Shown here: piece after piece, positions 50,849 through 64,000 of the stretch | How the letters are laid out: every line of letters begins with the position of its first letter | Numbering within the stretch: the first letter of the stretch is position 1 | Assembly (NCBI RefSeq): GCF_000743755.1 | Contig: NW_014569528.1 | Location: 1-64,000 of the forward strand | From: Blastocystis sp. subtype 4 | Lineage: Eukaryota | DNA: 64,000 nucleotides | Direction: 5' to 3' | Position numbers and translations under genes: made by a program | Notes under the pieces: generated by a model | Databases searched by the model: none | What the model was told of the DNA's origin: nothing | The model's input: only the letters and a program-made list of their open reading frames with translations

Positions 50849-53800
50849 ATGAAGAAATCTATCATTGTAAAATATGGGTGCTCAACCCGATCTGTGGAGC
50901 TCCCGATCCCTTTCAGTCCGGGTTCTTTTGAAGAATGTCTGCGAAACGTATTTGGATTCAAAGGAAAGGAAATTATGGGATTACGACATGCTAACTCTAC
51001 AGATATCGTTGTATTAGAAGATCTGGAGTCGGATCAGCAACTCCTGGATCTTTCTTCACGATGTGTATCTCCATTTATTATTGTCTTTCACAGTATATCA
51101 CCAAAGTACTATCGTTATATGTAGATCAAATAAGTAATTATCGGAGGAAGGAAACTCTACTATCTTTGGAGTCCTTCATATCCTATCTAGAGTAGTCACT
51201 TATGCGAATCTGAATATGTAGATATATAGGTATTACGGAGAATGTTGATCGGCTCAAATTCGCAGTCTTTGCTCGTTGTTTCTTTCAGGTTACTCTTGTG
51301 ACTTCCAAATAATCCTTTAGACACTTTCATGGAAGCGAGTCTCTCAGCTTCTTAACATTACCATTAATGAAACTTCTTCAGTTTCCAGAGATACCCTGTA
51401 TACAGCCTTTATTAAGGTGGTTGAATTGCCATTTCCAAAGAGAATACGTTTCTTGTTTACACTCTTTGATGATAATGATGATGGTTTTCTTACAGTCAGT
51501 CAGCTAATTCTGTTGCTCCAAGTCTTATATTGGCAAGAGATCTGTGTGATCGCAGTAGGCAAACTCTGTCCCATCAATCAATCGTTCATATTGTTATTTG
51601 GAAGAAGTATTGCTCATCAAATAATGACAGATTATCTCATTAACCGCGACTCTGTTTCGTTTTCACAGATTCTGTTTTGGCTGATGAATCGAGGCAACTC
51701 CATCTTTAATGATGCCTTCTATCACAATCCTTCGCCTCAGATCCTTGCTTCTTTCAACACTTCAGAATCTTCAGATGCTAATGAGATTGATGAAGCATCA
51801 AAAACAGAGTTTCTTTACTGTGCGGCGGGATTATATGGAACTATCCTTGAAATTTGTACTCCCCAACAATCTCTTGATGAAATCCTCTCAGGGTATATCA
51901 ATGCTGACGATACTGTGAATGATGACGATTTTGTTCATTGTGTATATTTGTATTTTGATATCGATGAAGAGAGTGAGGAAGAGGTCGTATTGAATATAGA
52001 TGACTTTTGCAGTCTTTGCAAATTGCTCTTCCATCATAATGAGGATTCAGAATGTGTTAGTTATCTTCAGGTGACAACCTTCTTCACTCTCTTGACGTTT
52101 ATTAACTCAGGTGATGTCTCTTATTGTGTTCGAATGTTGATTGATCAGCTGAGTGATGTGAATAATTCGTTTGTTATCGATAAGGAGAACCTTATTCTAT
52201 TCTTTCAGGGACTTGTACGTCTTCTCACAGTTGTCCAAGTATCACATAAGAATGGTGGTACGACAATCAATCTCCTTACAAGTGAAGAAGTGAAAAAGAA
52301 ACAGAATGATGCTGCAGAATTTCTCCTCACCAATTTGTTCTCATTTGCCGTTCCCTCTCATATTGAGAATAGTGAAGTACGAGATAAGATTCTTCATGAG
52401 CTGAACGAGAGTGATGGTGTTCATGTGGACCTCATCACAATCGTTCTTGTGTTTATCCTTTCCTTCCTTGCACGAGGAGAGAAACTTGATCAGTTGTTGG
52501 AAGATATGAAAGGAGTTCTTGAGACTCCTCATCCTGATCAACTCCTTACTACAATCCCTGTTCGCAAGTCACCAATTGATCTATTGGAAGTACTACGTAC
52601 CAATCTGAGTATGGACCTCGAGAACTCGGAAGATGATGATTATCCTCTTGATAAGAGTGATATGGCTATCCTCACTGGATTCATGCCACTTCCATCAGCT
52701 CCAGTAGATGATTCGCTACACTCAACATCGTCTGTGATGGAGGCAGGAATCATGACTCCAGTCGTAAGTCATCATGTTGATATTTTCTCCCTTGACAGTT
52801 CACTTGGAATCTTCATTCGTGTATGTATCCTTGAAATTTCTAAGAATTAGTACATGACCAGAAAATGGGCAAAAAAGTTCAAACTTCAATCACTGAATAC
52901 TGGAACCTTGTTACACACATTTACACTCTTCGAACGATTCAGTGGAGATTGTGACAATTTATTCTTCTCTGAATACAGTTCATTTATCACTGCTCTTCTC
53001 GCAGTGACCAATAGTGATAATCACGAAATACCTCGTAGTCTCATCAAACTGTTTTATCGACTCTCGCATGACTGTCCCTGTCGTATCGATCGTTATGAGT
53101 TGCTTGTCGTTCTTGCGCTCCTCTGTTGTGATATCCATGTAGGTGAGAATCTTTCACGTCTCTGGGAACTCCTTCTTAAGACTAGTTCTACTCCTGCGGG
53201 AATCGATTCGTTCCGCACATTCAGTACAGGTGTGGTTTCTCTTGTGGATTTTATGTTCCCACATCTCCTTCAGTATGCATGCAAAGAGAAGATGGCATTA
53301 ATCAGCACAATTTCGGCTACCTTATACACTTCCTGCTGTGAATCCGAATCTCATCTTCGTATCCAACTCCATGCTGGGAACGTGAATCGGCCTATAATTC
53401 CCTTGGCAACATTTAGTGAATGGGCCCCTTCGTCTTTCCGTGTGGATGAATTCATATACAATGGCCATGCTATCTTCAATATGCGTGTATATGCTCTCCA
53501 GGATGTTTTGGGTATGCGCAATACTACGTTGTCTGATGTGATTGAAGCATTGAAGTGTGTTGATGAAGGAGACGGAACTATTTCTTCAGATACCTTCTAT
53601 GATGTAATCCTGATTGAGAGATGTGATATAGATGCTTCAAGACTTCTATCCACTTCCTCCTTTCTCCATGTTGGAACCACAACGCAAAGGAGTCTTTCAG
53701 AATCTGGTTGAGTTACTACATGAGGATGATGATACGATGCAGATTGAAGTGATTATGAGTGCATTCTCTGTAATTCTGAATGGACCTCGTGAAGATATCT

Positions 53801-56276
53801 GGAATGAGCTGCTAACAACATTGAGCAAAGACGACGTAATAGAGCCAAATAAGATTAATCTTCTCTTCACTGCATTGATCAAAATGACGCTCTTCGTTCA
53901 GTAGGAATACTATCTTGTTTCTCATTGTAGGGTTGGTCGGTTTAATCCGAATCTCATTCGCTGCATCAAACCCTACCTGACTGAGATCATGGAATGTCTA
54001 CCATCATCGTGCCATATAGAAACTGTACGTGACCTTCTCTGCGAGAATCTCCGTATGGTGTTACCTCTCAGCTTTGATGCACGTCTAATTGAAAGACCTG
54101 TATTGCTTCATGGAATGGTACTGGCACTACGAATCCTAGCAGGCCTAGGAGATGTTCTCTTTTCACGATTCTTCCAATTTGTCATGTCATTTGATCGAGA
54201 GGTTCTCAGTAAAGGGGATTATGTCCACATCATTGAGTTTTTGGCAAGAGGCAAATCACTTGATATCCAATTGGTCTTGGACATTTATCGTCGTATCTAT
54301 AATACCGCTCAACACCTCTTTAAGAACCCACTTGGTATCCATCGTAATACTCTTCTCTCTCTCATGTCTGCTTTTTACCCCAATAATTCAACAATGGCTA
54401 CACTGTTATACGAGCAAATGAGTAATGGAACAGGATTAGGATTTGACATATTTGTGGAGTATTTAGGGAATGTGTACACAATTCTAAATGAGGTGCGCTG
54501 TTTTGTGTTCCTCTCATAATTAGTTCTTTGATTGTTTCGATATTTCTGTTGTTACGATGAATCAAGTTGCTAGAAATGTGGCTGAATCCTGTTTCCGTAC
54601 ATACAAGCTCTCTCAGACAGATCTGCTGACGAAAGATGAATTTGTATCTTGGATCCGTTCTAGGGGAGTATGTGACTTCACAGATAATAAGGAATTTGTT
54701 TCATATTATCCTTGTTGTACTTCTAAATCTGTTCTTGTTACCTATGAATTGCTTCAGACGAATATGCCTTCAGGGATGATTATGCCTCGTCATATCTATG
54801 AAACAGGAAATCAGTGTCACAGTGATATACAGATGTGGGTATAAAACAAGCATGAGATGTAGATTGATCGATCGTCTTGCTTCCTTTGCTTCTCTCATGA
54901 ATTTTTCTGTCTGTGACAATGAGATCATTGAGATAATCCATTGGCAAGAGGATCCGAATGGGGCGGTAACACGTTCCTCCTTTATTGCTTCAGTTTCTGT
55001 GGTGATAATTAAGCACTACCAACAACGTGTGAATGAAGATCGAGAACTCCAGTTGCAAGAGTCCATTCATATTGATATGAATGGAAAGGATGCAGAAAAC
55101 GTACGCAAAGGATTAGGTCGTCTATTTGATGCTCTTGATGTGTTGGGTTCCAAACGTTTGCCTGCTACCGAACTCGTGGCAATGTTGGGATTGTTATCAC
55201 AAGGAGATATTGATAGTCGATTGCAGTATATGATTGAAACGACAGGAAAAGCTGTTGGTGATATGGTCTATGTGTCTTCTCTTTCCCCTGTGATTGATGG
55301 TCTTTTCCTTGTTTTGGATATGCTTCTACCAACGGTTATCTACGCAGCTACTGTATGGATAGTTTGTTTCTCTCATTGATAGAGTACTCCTTTGATTCAA
55401 TCGCATGACTTCGTGGAACGATTGAAAGCTTCAGCAGAAATGGACTTGCTGGAAATCAATACCGTAGTCGAGCAATTGCATATTGAATTAGTTGGAATGA
55501 GTGAGGTTGTCCGTCACGTCACTGCTGTTGAGAAGCCTGATCGTCGTTCTCTCCAACAGGCCATGCAAACACTTCATATTCATTGTTCTTCAGTCAAGGC
55601 ATTTATTGAGATTCTGCTCCTACAACCTGGAGACCCTTCTTCTTCTATCTGCCAGCTTAATATTCACGAGAATGGCTGGGATCATGGTCTTTTGCATCAT
55701 CGCCTCTCTCCTCTACTCCTACGAGATGAAATGCGACGCCTCTTCCACCTTATGGAAGTCGATCTTCCATTCAAACTCCAGGAACGACTGGAAGAGGTAT
55801 TCCAGACGCTTCTGGGAAATTCTGATGGTGTATTGTATGAGGACTTCGTGACTGCCCTATTCCCATTCTTGTTATTCCAAGAGAATTCCATTGAAACTGT
55901 CAGTACTTCATTCTACTCATTGCTGTGTGTCCTAAATGACAATGCTCATGTTATTCAATTGAATGCACTGGAACATGCAATTCAGATTGTTGTCAAAATG
56001 TGGCTATGGGTTGTTGAAAAAACTACATTGCTCCAGACAGACCAGGTGAGTGTGTTAATCAGGGAACTAATCGATGTGACGGAAGTGGATGGATCCTATC
56101 CTGTACGTGAAGCAGCTTATCTGGGAAGTTGTATTCTCCAATCTCGTTCTCCTTCGAGTCTTAGCATGCAACGATTATTATCTATTCTCTTTTGTGGTTG
56201 CCCTCAGAATGTGAAGTCGATTTGGGAGGGAGAGATGCCCGTTGCTTCAGATCAGGAATCTATAGTTAATAATTGA
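50849..56276 (+). CDS. Very large protein with multiple degenerate EF-hand (calcineurin-B/recoverin-like) modules
   Basis: KRIRFLFTLFDDNDDGFLTVSQL; repeated LF..LD...I...EL...L..L..G motifs; ORFs joinable by ~30-nt introns. Confidence 0.6.
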
Positions 56277-56340
56277 AACTGTTTATTTTTGGAATTTCAC
56301 AATTCATATCATATTCCCCAATTCCATTTCTCGAATCGAA

Positions 56341-59061
56341 ATGTTTCTTATTCATAGAATGATTACAGAAATGAATCGCCTCTTTCTTCAGAACTGGTAT
56401 TCTGTACTTCTGACTGCCATACTGGGACCAATCGTCTACTTTGTGATCTATTGGCTTCGGTTAAAGAAAATTAACAAGGAGCGTGCTCAAGACCAGCAGC
56501 TTACGCTTCAGCAACTTATTGAAGATGATTGGAGTATTATAATAACATCGATGCGTCGGAAAGAACTGGAAAAAAAGCAAATCGAATCAAAGAAGGAGAT
56601 AAAGCCTCAGATGCGTCGTGGTGGAAGTTCTGGTAACCTTGCTGCATCTGGAAATACAGGGAAATCCAAATTGAAGAAACAGCAGAGTTTGTCTGGAAAG
56701 ACACTTCGCATTAGTAACAAAGTATTGTAGTCTAAATTTTAGGTCCATCGGCTTTGCATGATAGTGACGGTGAAATCGCATCGGATGGCGAACAGGATTT
56801 GCGTTTTTCGATTCGTAGAATAAGTGATTTATGAAGGAAATGATTTTTAGAGTCCTAGTATGCGTAATTTCTTCTCTCCGAAGGCTTCCGAATATATCAA
56901 CCCACTCCCTCTGGATAGTGCTTCTCCTTTCCCTCAGGAATATGACGAGTCGACAGAGAGAGAGATGCAATTCCTCCGCAACTCCTCTCTTCACACTCGT
57001 GGTGATCCTGAATATGAAGATGTTATGACTCAAACTAAACTGAGCTTTGGCCCTCTACTGTCGGCTATTCTCACTCCAATCACTTGGCTCTTTGACCATC
57101 GACCTCTCTGCTGGATCCGTGATTTGATTCGAGATATCATTGTGGCTCGTCGTGTTCATGTAGTGATTCGGAAGATTGCTTCCAACGCTGATGTTCTTAA
57201 GAACCCTCATGTCGTGAAGGAGATTGATAGACTTGAAGCTGAAGGGAAGGAAACACGAGACGAGATTCTTCTTCGAGCTCACAAGATCATCACACGAATG
57301 GCAGCTAGACAAACCGATTGGGTTCTGCGTATTTTCTATGTCATTCTCTCTGTTATATTCCGCAAGCTCTTTCACACTGTTCATGTTGACAGACATGGAC
57401 TTCGAGGTTTCCACAAACATCTCGAGACACAAGAGGATGGAGTGGGTGTTGTATTTATGCCCACACACAAGTCTCATGTAGATTACCTAGTATTGTCCTA
57501 TGTATCTGCTTTGTATGATCTCCCTATACCAATTATTGCTGCTGGTGATAATTTGAATATTCCCGTGGTTGGTGCACTGTTCCGTTACTCAGGTGCCTTC
57601 TTCATGCGACGAGCTCTTGGTAGTGATACTCTGTATAGAGCAATACTCGAAGGATATTTGGAGGAGGTTCTACGATCAGGATCTACTCTCGAATTCTTCA
57701 TTGAAGGAGGTCGTTCACGAGATGGAACGATTTTACCTCCAAAATATGGTTTGCTAAATGTGATATTGGAAGCAGTGAAAACAGGAAGACTGAAGGATGT
57801 AGTGTTGGTGCCAATTGCTGTTGACTATGAGCATTGTCCTGATATCAACAGTTATGTGAAGTATATGATGGGAGGAAAGAAGACAAAAGAATCACTCACG
57901 AATCTATTGAAGAATGCTTATTCTATCATGTCAATGGATTGTGGTGATGCCTTTGTGACACTTGGTACTCCAATGTCACTTCAAGAATTATTATCACGAA
58001 TGGAACATGAGGATGCTACTCTGGATACTCGAAATGAAGTGCGTTATGTAGGTGCCCATGTGTGTCAGGCCATGCGCAATAACAGTGTGATCACTACAAG
58101 CACACTGGTGGCTGCAGCTATCATGGACTTTCCTACAGGCGACTGGATCACTGAAGCTGAGCTCACATTACATATTGAAACTATTCGGCAATGGCAACAC
58201 AACATTGGTGCATTTGAAGGTTATTCAGGTTACTCTGCTACCTTGCTCCATCAATTCGTTCATTCTTTCCCCAGCTTGATTGAGGTAAGGGATAAGAAGT
58301 ACCGAGCTCGTGAAGGAATTCAAGAACAAATAACTCTGTTTTACTATCGGAATGGTCTTCTTCATCATTTCCTTGCTGATGCTGTTGTTCTGCATGTCTT
58401 CCGTGCACTTCAATTGTCGACAGGTCACTCCACTCTGTCTCTTGTTGACGTGGTACCGGAGGTGGAACTTATGTGTCGAATTGTTGGAGCTCACATTCCA
58501 TTCAGTGTGGTGATCTCGGCACCTGCAATTGATAATCTAGTAACTCGAGGTGTGTTGATCTTGAAGGAAGATACTCTGACTCTGGCTCCAAAGCAGGAGG
58601 AATATTCACACTTCTGTGTTAGTCTTGTAGCTCCTATTGTGGATTCTCTGTGTGTGGTCTCGGAGGCGATTCGATATCTTCGCCCAGGAAGCAATGAGGA
58701 GGAAGTGGATCTAACAGTCTTCTTATTGAAGTGCATGGAGTTGTCCAAGACGAAGCTAGCTGCAGGTGAGACTCCATTCCCGTTTATTGCCAATACTCAG
58801 ATGCTACGTAACAATGTAGAGGGTTTAGTGGCTGCTGGAGTATTGAGCAAGCGACGTGATGGAAGTACGTATTTCATTCGCTTGAGTGGTGCTTATGAAG
58901 ACCTGGAAATGGTAGATAAGCTTCATCAGTCTCTAGAAGGATTGACACTGAATCTACAGAGTATTCCTGTGTCGAAGAGTGATACAGATCTGAACATTAC
59001 AGATGAAATGATTGATTTGATGGTCGATGTGGGCATCAAGAAACGGAAGAGCAAGAATTAG
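56341..59061 (+). CDS. Glycerol-3-phosphate/DHAP acyltransferase (GPAT/DAPAT family)
   Basis: FMPTHKSHVDY, IAAGDNLN, GAFFMRR, FFIEGGRSRDG; N-terminal TM exon; TGTTTGTT at 59079-59086. Confidence 0.92.
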
Positions 59062-59096
59062 ATGTCTCTTTATTTGAGTGTTTGTTGTAAAGAATA

Positions 59097-62000
59097 TCAC
59101 GAATCGCAACTATACTCAAATCCGATGTAACGAGTATCCAATTCCAAACTAGGAGTTCGAGTTCTGGCATGGTTTCGAGGATTCTCAGTCTGCTGTCTTT
59201 CCTTCTCCTGACGAATCCTTAGCTGTAACTCCATTTCACTTAGAGGACGCTGAGGTGAGCATACGGAGTCCGCTAACACAGGCTACATGTTATCATTCTT
59301 TGAGTTCATACACGAACAAGACTACGGTCAAAGTATGTATAATCCAATGGTCCATTCAACTGAGGAATCATGGGAACTCGCACCTCTCTACGCAGAACAG
59401 CATTCCAATCCAATGAAGCGAAGAAAGGATGTGTTTTGATTCCAGCTCTATTTCATGAATTCACTATCTCGAACTTACACTCCAGCTTCATCGGATCCAA
59501 GTCGTCTAGGTATGATTAGACAAGCTAAGAACTTACTTTGCAGGGTCTCGTTCCAAGAGACGTAGAATCAAAGATCGAGCATCCATGGAGACTCCTCGAA
59601 TACGAGGTGGAACCATATTGTTCATGATATTGTTCAAAGTTTGCTAATGATGACAAATCAATTAGACCACTACATGATGCGAATGGCCCTGGAATGGATG
59701 ATAACCTGTTAAACACTCACACATCAGAATACCAAGAGCCCACCAATCAATTGCTTCTGTGTGAGGTCGACGAAGAAGCATCTCTGGCTATGCATCAAGT
59801 CAGTGATTCATTTCTACCGCCATGTACTGTTCGGTTCCACAATAACTATAACTCCTCATTTCACTAATATGTCGTTTTTCATCCAAATTGATGTTGTAAT
59901 AACGAGACAGACCGAAATCCGTCAGTTTGATGTGTCCATCAGCTCCTAGAAGAACATTCTCTGGTTTCAAATCCCTCTACAAATCATCTCTTCTCCATGT
60001 TCATACGAAAATAATCCCCATATTATGCAAATGTTCCAAAGCCAATACGATCTCTGCCATATACAGACGTGTTCTTTCCTCTGAGAAGACACCAAATCTT
60101 GATAAATGCGTAAACAAGTCTCCACACTGCATGAAATCCATAATCATATAGAGACGATATGGTGTCTGGTAGGCATAATACAAGCGAGTGATGAAAGGGA
60201 AATCTGCACGTTCCAGAATAAGTCGTTCCACTTTGGTTCGGGAAACTTGACGTCTGCGTACCAATTCATCCTTCTTCAGCACTTTCATCGCGTAATAACA
60301 GTGGGTTTTCGCATTGTAGACATGCAGTACCTTTCCATAGCCACCTCTTCCTAGAACTGCTTGTACTTCAAAGTCTTCGAGATGAATGGGTCCATGGGAA
60401 GGCGCCGGATTTGTTTCTGATTCTGTTGTTTTGACAGGGTTTTGAACGGAAGGTCCCTTGCTACCATGACGACCAGGAGAATCAACACCTCCTCGACATG
60501 ATCCAATCAGAGATACATCTGTCTCAACCGTTTCCGAAGCACTACTGGTATCAACAGATGGGGGACGAGCTCCAAGAGGAATATGCTATTTGTCATGAAA
60601 AGACTCTAGACTCACTCGGAACCCAGTTACATCACAAGTGATAAGTGGTCTTGTTTTAAGAAGCATGAGGAGCAGGGATTGGAAGTCATTGTACTGACAG
60701 AACATATTGAGTCGACATTTCTATACATTCATATCTTCATGAATTGCTACATCACGTCCAGAAGGAATTATCAGATAGGAACACAACAACACTTCAGCAC
60801 GAACATAGGACTGTTTGGTCGATGATACAGGTAGATCTCCATTGATACTGATTTCATAGATCACATAGCAGCCATCATCAGTTTGAAAGTGATCTTGCAA
60901 GAGAATCAAATCTCGACTTGACGCAAACCCACTCGGACTTTTCATGGTTCGATGAATCACTCGAATTCCCTGCGGAATATCATTGACTAGGTTTCAATAG
61001 AACGAGTAGTTACAAACAACTACGAACTCCTCGATACACCCCTCCAAGCTTCCTCCACTCCTTTAGAATGACACTGCTGCCATCCATTCGTTCTTCCATC
61101 TTTGGCTTTCTTCCTCGAGAGTTCTTTGAACCAAAGAGCTTTCGAGCGAACGGTATTTTCTCATGATTTGTGATGTCCTCCACAACAGCAAGGACTTCTT
61201 CATGTGACAGTCTCTTTTCCCAACGATATCGACCCTGTGCAGGGGTTCTGATGATATCTCCGAGAAGTAGATCACGATACACCTCCTCTGCATCACCGCT
61301 CACTTCACGAGTTGATCGAAGCAGGTTATAGTTTCCCTTAGGTGACGATGGCTTTTCAATAAGGATCTACTATGAATTCTGCTGTGAGCGCCTACATAGT
61401 TTCCATGACGATCGATACGTTTCCTCTCTCGCCACTCTCCTCCATTCCGAAATAGCAAGTGATAGAATGTCTGTTGACGGAGCTCACTCAGGAGTTTCCC
61501 AAGTTGAGTAATGTCACGACTGTTTACAGCAGCCTCAAGAAGTGTCGCTTTGGGAACTGACAGAATGATTCTGAAATGAAGGATTCAATAAGAGGCTATT
61601 AGCTAGGATATGAATTGGACTTGACATGCGGAGCGAACATCCAAGGAGCGAGTCCTGTTGAGAGACGGCTCACAGTGAGTTGCTGATCCACCTTGAACAT
61701 GTACAAATCATTTGTATCCTATGCTTGAAAGCATTCATTCACTGACCACTTTGAATTCGACAGAGGAGGTTGTCAAAGGAAGAATAGTATGACTCGAGAC
61801 AAGCTCCTGACACACAGTCACTCCTTCTCGTCGACTGTCCACGAATCCATTGACCAGGAGCCAATCAATGATGGATGCGGCAGAGAAACATGTTGAATAC
61901 ATCTTGTTATTGAAGTTACGATCGCGAATATCCATGGTATTCCTCATCTGGCTTACCATTTGGAGCATTTTCGAAGAAAGAAATGTAGTAGGAACAGAAA

Positions 62001-62194
62001 AGACTTCACTAGCATGTGAAGCGGACGCTTGCTTACTGGAGGCACCCGATTGCATCTCCGTAGGATTAGCCCACTCTAGTTTATACCCAACCAACAATCA
62101 TACTGCGATGTGAAGGCTTGAATCGATCGGTATTGGGCACCTCCCGAATACATTCGGAAGCCCCAGTAGCAATAATGACTTCTTCTGAATTCAT
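59097..62194 (-). CDS. AGC-family Ser/Thr kinase with DEP and START domains
   Basis: [15 protein letters not shown]...[79 protein letters not shown]; tail YIGFEY. Confidence 0.88.
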
Positions 62195-62351
62195 TGCAAA
62201 CGAGAAATGAAATGATGATAATTAGAAAGGTCGTGAAAGACAAAGTGTCGATGGAAGTTGAATGGGATAGGGATATACTCAATATCCCATATCCAGTTTG
62301 CCCATTGATCCACACCACAGAATTTTGTTAACAAACATAAACACAGAATAC

Positions 62352-63093
62352 TTATGATGAAGGAGTCGAGCGAACTGTTTCCATCGCATTCTTCATTCTT
62401 CTCTCAAGAACTTCAATCCGTTTTATACTGTTTTTCATGGATACGATACTGTCCATCATCCAACTATCATTAATCATTATAACAAATGGCCACTCGTTAA
62501 ATAGACTTGCTTCTACTGCAAGTTGATGCGTTTCCTTGCAGAGTTGCTGAGATACATGGCTACATCACATTTACAAAAAGTGAATACGATTTATACGATC
62601 TCAGTGATGTAAGATACAGTTCTGACTACGAATCAACTTCTCTAATTAACCATACATTCAGATCTGTTTGAGCCTTTGGAAATGGGGATTGTGACAGCTC
62701 TGAAAGTGGAATAAACTGACGACAATCCGATCGCTTAGTTCATAATCTACATTTGTAGCCTACAGACCTTCGTGCCATAGGATCCGTTCGTAACTTTTGA
62801 TACAATGAACGGAAGTATTCATCCATGGGATGATTCTCACTCACTTCACCGGTTTTATCATTGTAGTATACAATCGCACCAGACTTCCTGTTCTGATACG
62901 GTCTCCAATGACGAGGAAGAGGAGCCTATAGGTAAATGATTTGTGATATATGTACTCGTAGTGCTTCTTTTGCAATCCATAGGTAATCTTCGTCATCAAT
63001 TCCTAAGAAACGAGCTTCTTCGCGAATCTCTTCCTCTGTGGGCTCGTATTCAACGTTGTGTTCCTCTTGCAACAGCAAATAGTCACTATTCAT
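62352..63093 (-). CDS. CEP164 N-terminal/WW-like domain protein with short coiled-coil tail
   Basis: Spliced EEHNVEYEPTEEEIREEARFLGID..YLWIAKEALRAPLPRHWRP...IVYYNDKTGE...HPMDEYFRSL; TGTTTGTT at 62330-62337. Confidence 0.75.
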
Positions 63094-63400
63094 TTCTTAA
63101 TGACACAATCCCGTCAATCCTGCTTCGCCCATGCAAAGATCGAGAGATGCATAATGCTTGGAGTAGATTGATATCATAGTATTTTTTGTATTCGCATTGT
63201 TTTTCCATGATCTTTTCCCAAATTATACAAACAGGAAGCCTCTCATTTGTTCTATATGTGGAATACATTAACACAGCATTCAATTCATATAATGAGAAAT
63301 CCGAAACGCCGGCTCCGAAGATGATTGGTTGAGAGAAACCTTGTTCTCTGGTGGTCTTTCGGTTCACATTTATTCTGGAATACCAAGCATCTGTTTACAC

Positions 63401-64000
63401 ATGGAATCTTTGCCTGTTGGTCACTTTCTGTTTACGTCTGAATCGGTGAACGAAGGACATCCAGGTAGTTAAGAACTGGGGACGTAATTGTTGTAGACAA
63501 GTTGTGCGACCAGATCTCCGATGCCGTCCTTGACGCCTGCTTGGCCCAGGACCCCAATGCGAAAGTAGCCTGCGAAACCGCGGCGAAGGGGGAGATGGTG
63601 ATGATCTTCGGAGAGATCACAACCACTGCCAAAGTTGAGTGGGAGAAGGTGGTGCGTGATACAATCCGTGAAATCGGTTACGATTCCGACGCCAAAGGTC
63701 TTGACTGCGATAAGTGCAACGTTGTAATTGCAATCGAACACCAAAGCCCTGATATTGCCCAGGGAGTGCATGAGAATAAGAGACTCGAGGATATTGGTGC
63801 TGGAGATCAAGGAATTATGTTTGGTTATGCAAGCAACGAAACTGCGGAGTTGATGCCTCTTTCCCACCTGCTCGCTACTCAACTTGGCAAGCGACTCACC
63901 GATGTTCGTAAGGATGGAACTCTTAAGTGGGTTCGTCCTGATGGCAAAACCCAGGTTACAATTGAGTACAAGGAGGAACATGGCCACATGATTCCCATTC
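63401..64000 (+). CDS. MAT: S-adenosylmethionine synthetase (5' part; runs off the window)
   Basis: [62 protein letters not shown]. Confidence 0.97.

Overview
Very compact, intron-rich eukaryotic DNA carrying about 34 protein-coding genes, with ~28-36 nt GT-AG introns and intergenic gaps often under 100-200 bp. These properties, plus a TGTTTGTT element at a fixed distance after gene ends, indicate the gut stramenopile Blastocystis (inference). Recognisable genes: U2AF65, a PAP2 phosphatase, SPT5, ADA2, a pogo/CENP-B-type HTH protein, a MORN+LRR protein, an AHA1 C-domain protein, Pol I RPA1, RRP41, an Hsp70-NBD/MORN fusion, UTP7, an importin-beta family protein, ITFG2-like, TSPOON-like, a fucosyltransferase-like protein, Hsp20, a CCT-motif protein, mitochondrion-targeted PGK, MED14, Kish, RPL41, a giant EF-hand protein, GPAT, a DEP-START-AGC kinase, a CEP164-N-terminal-like protein and SAM synthetase (partial). 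The main signal is that in at least 5-7 genes an in-frame T or TA sits exactly 4 nt before TGTTTGTT, so the UAA stop is predicted to be made by poly(A) addition. This is already known in Blastocystis, and it means several ORF-track C-termini are too long. Candidates for undescribed biology include a Tudor-like insert in RPA1, the Hsp70-NBD/MORN fusion, GAG-acceptor repeat-phased introns, a 16-bp bidirectional poly(A) element, and a CEP164 N-terminal domain in an aflagellate organism. Exon boundaries were read by eye, and no RNA genes, CRISPR arrays or intact transposons were recognised.
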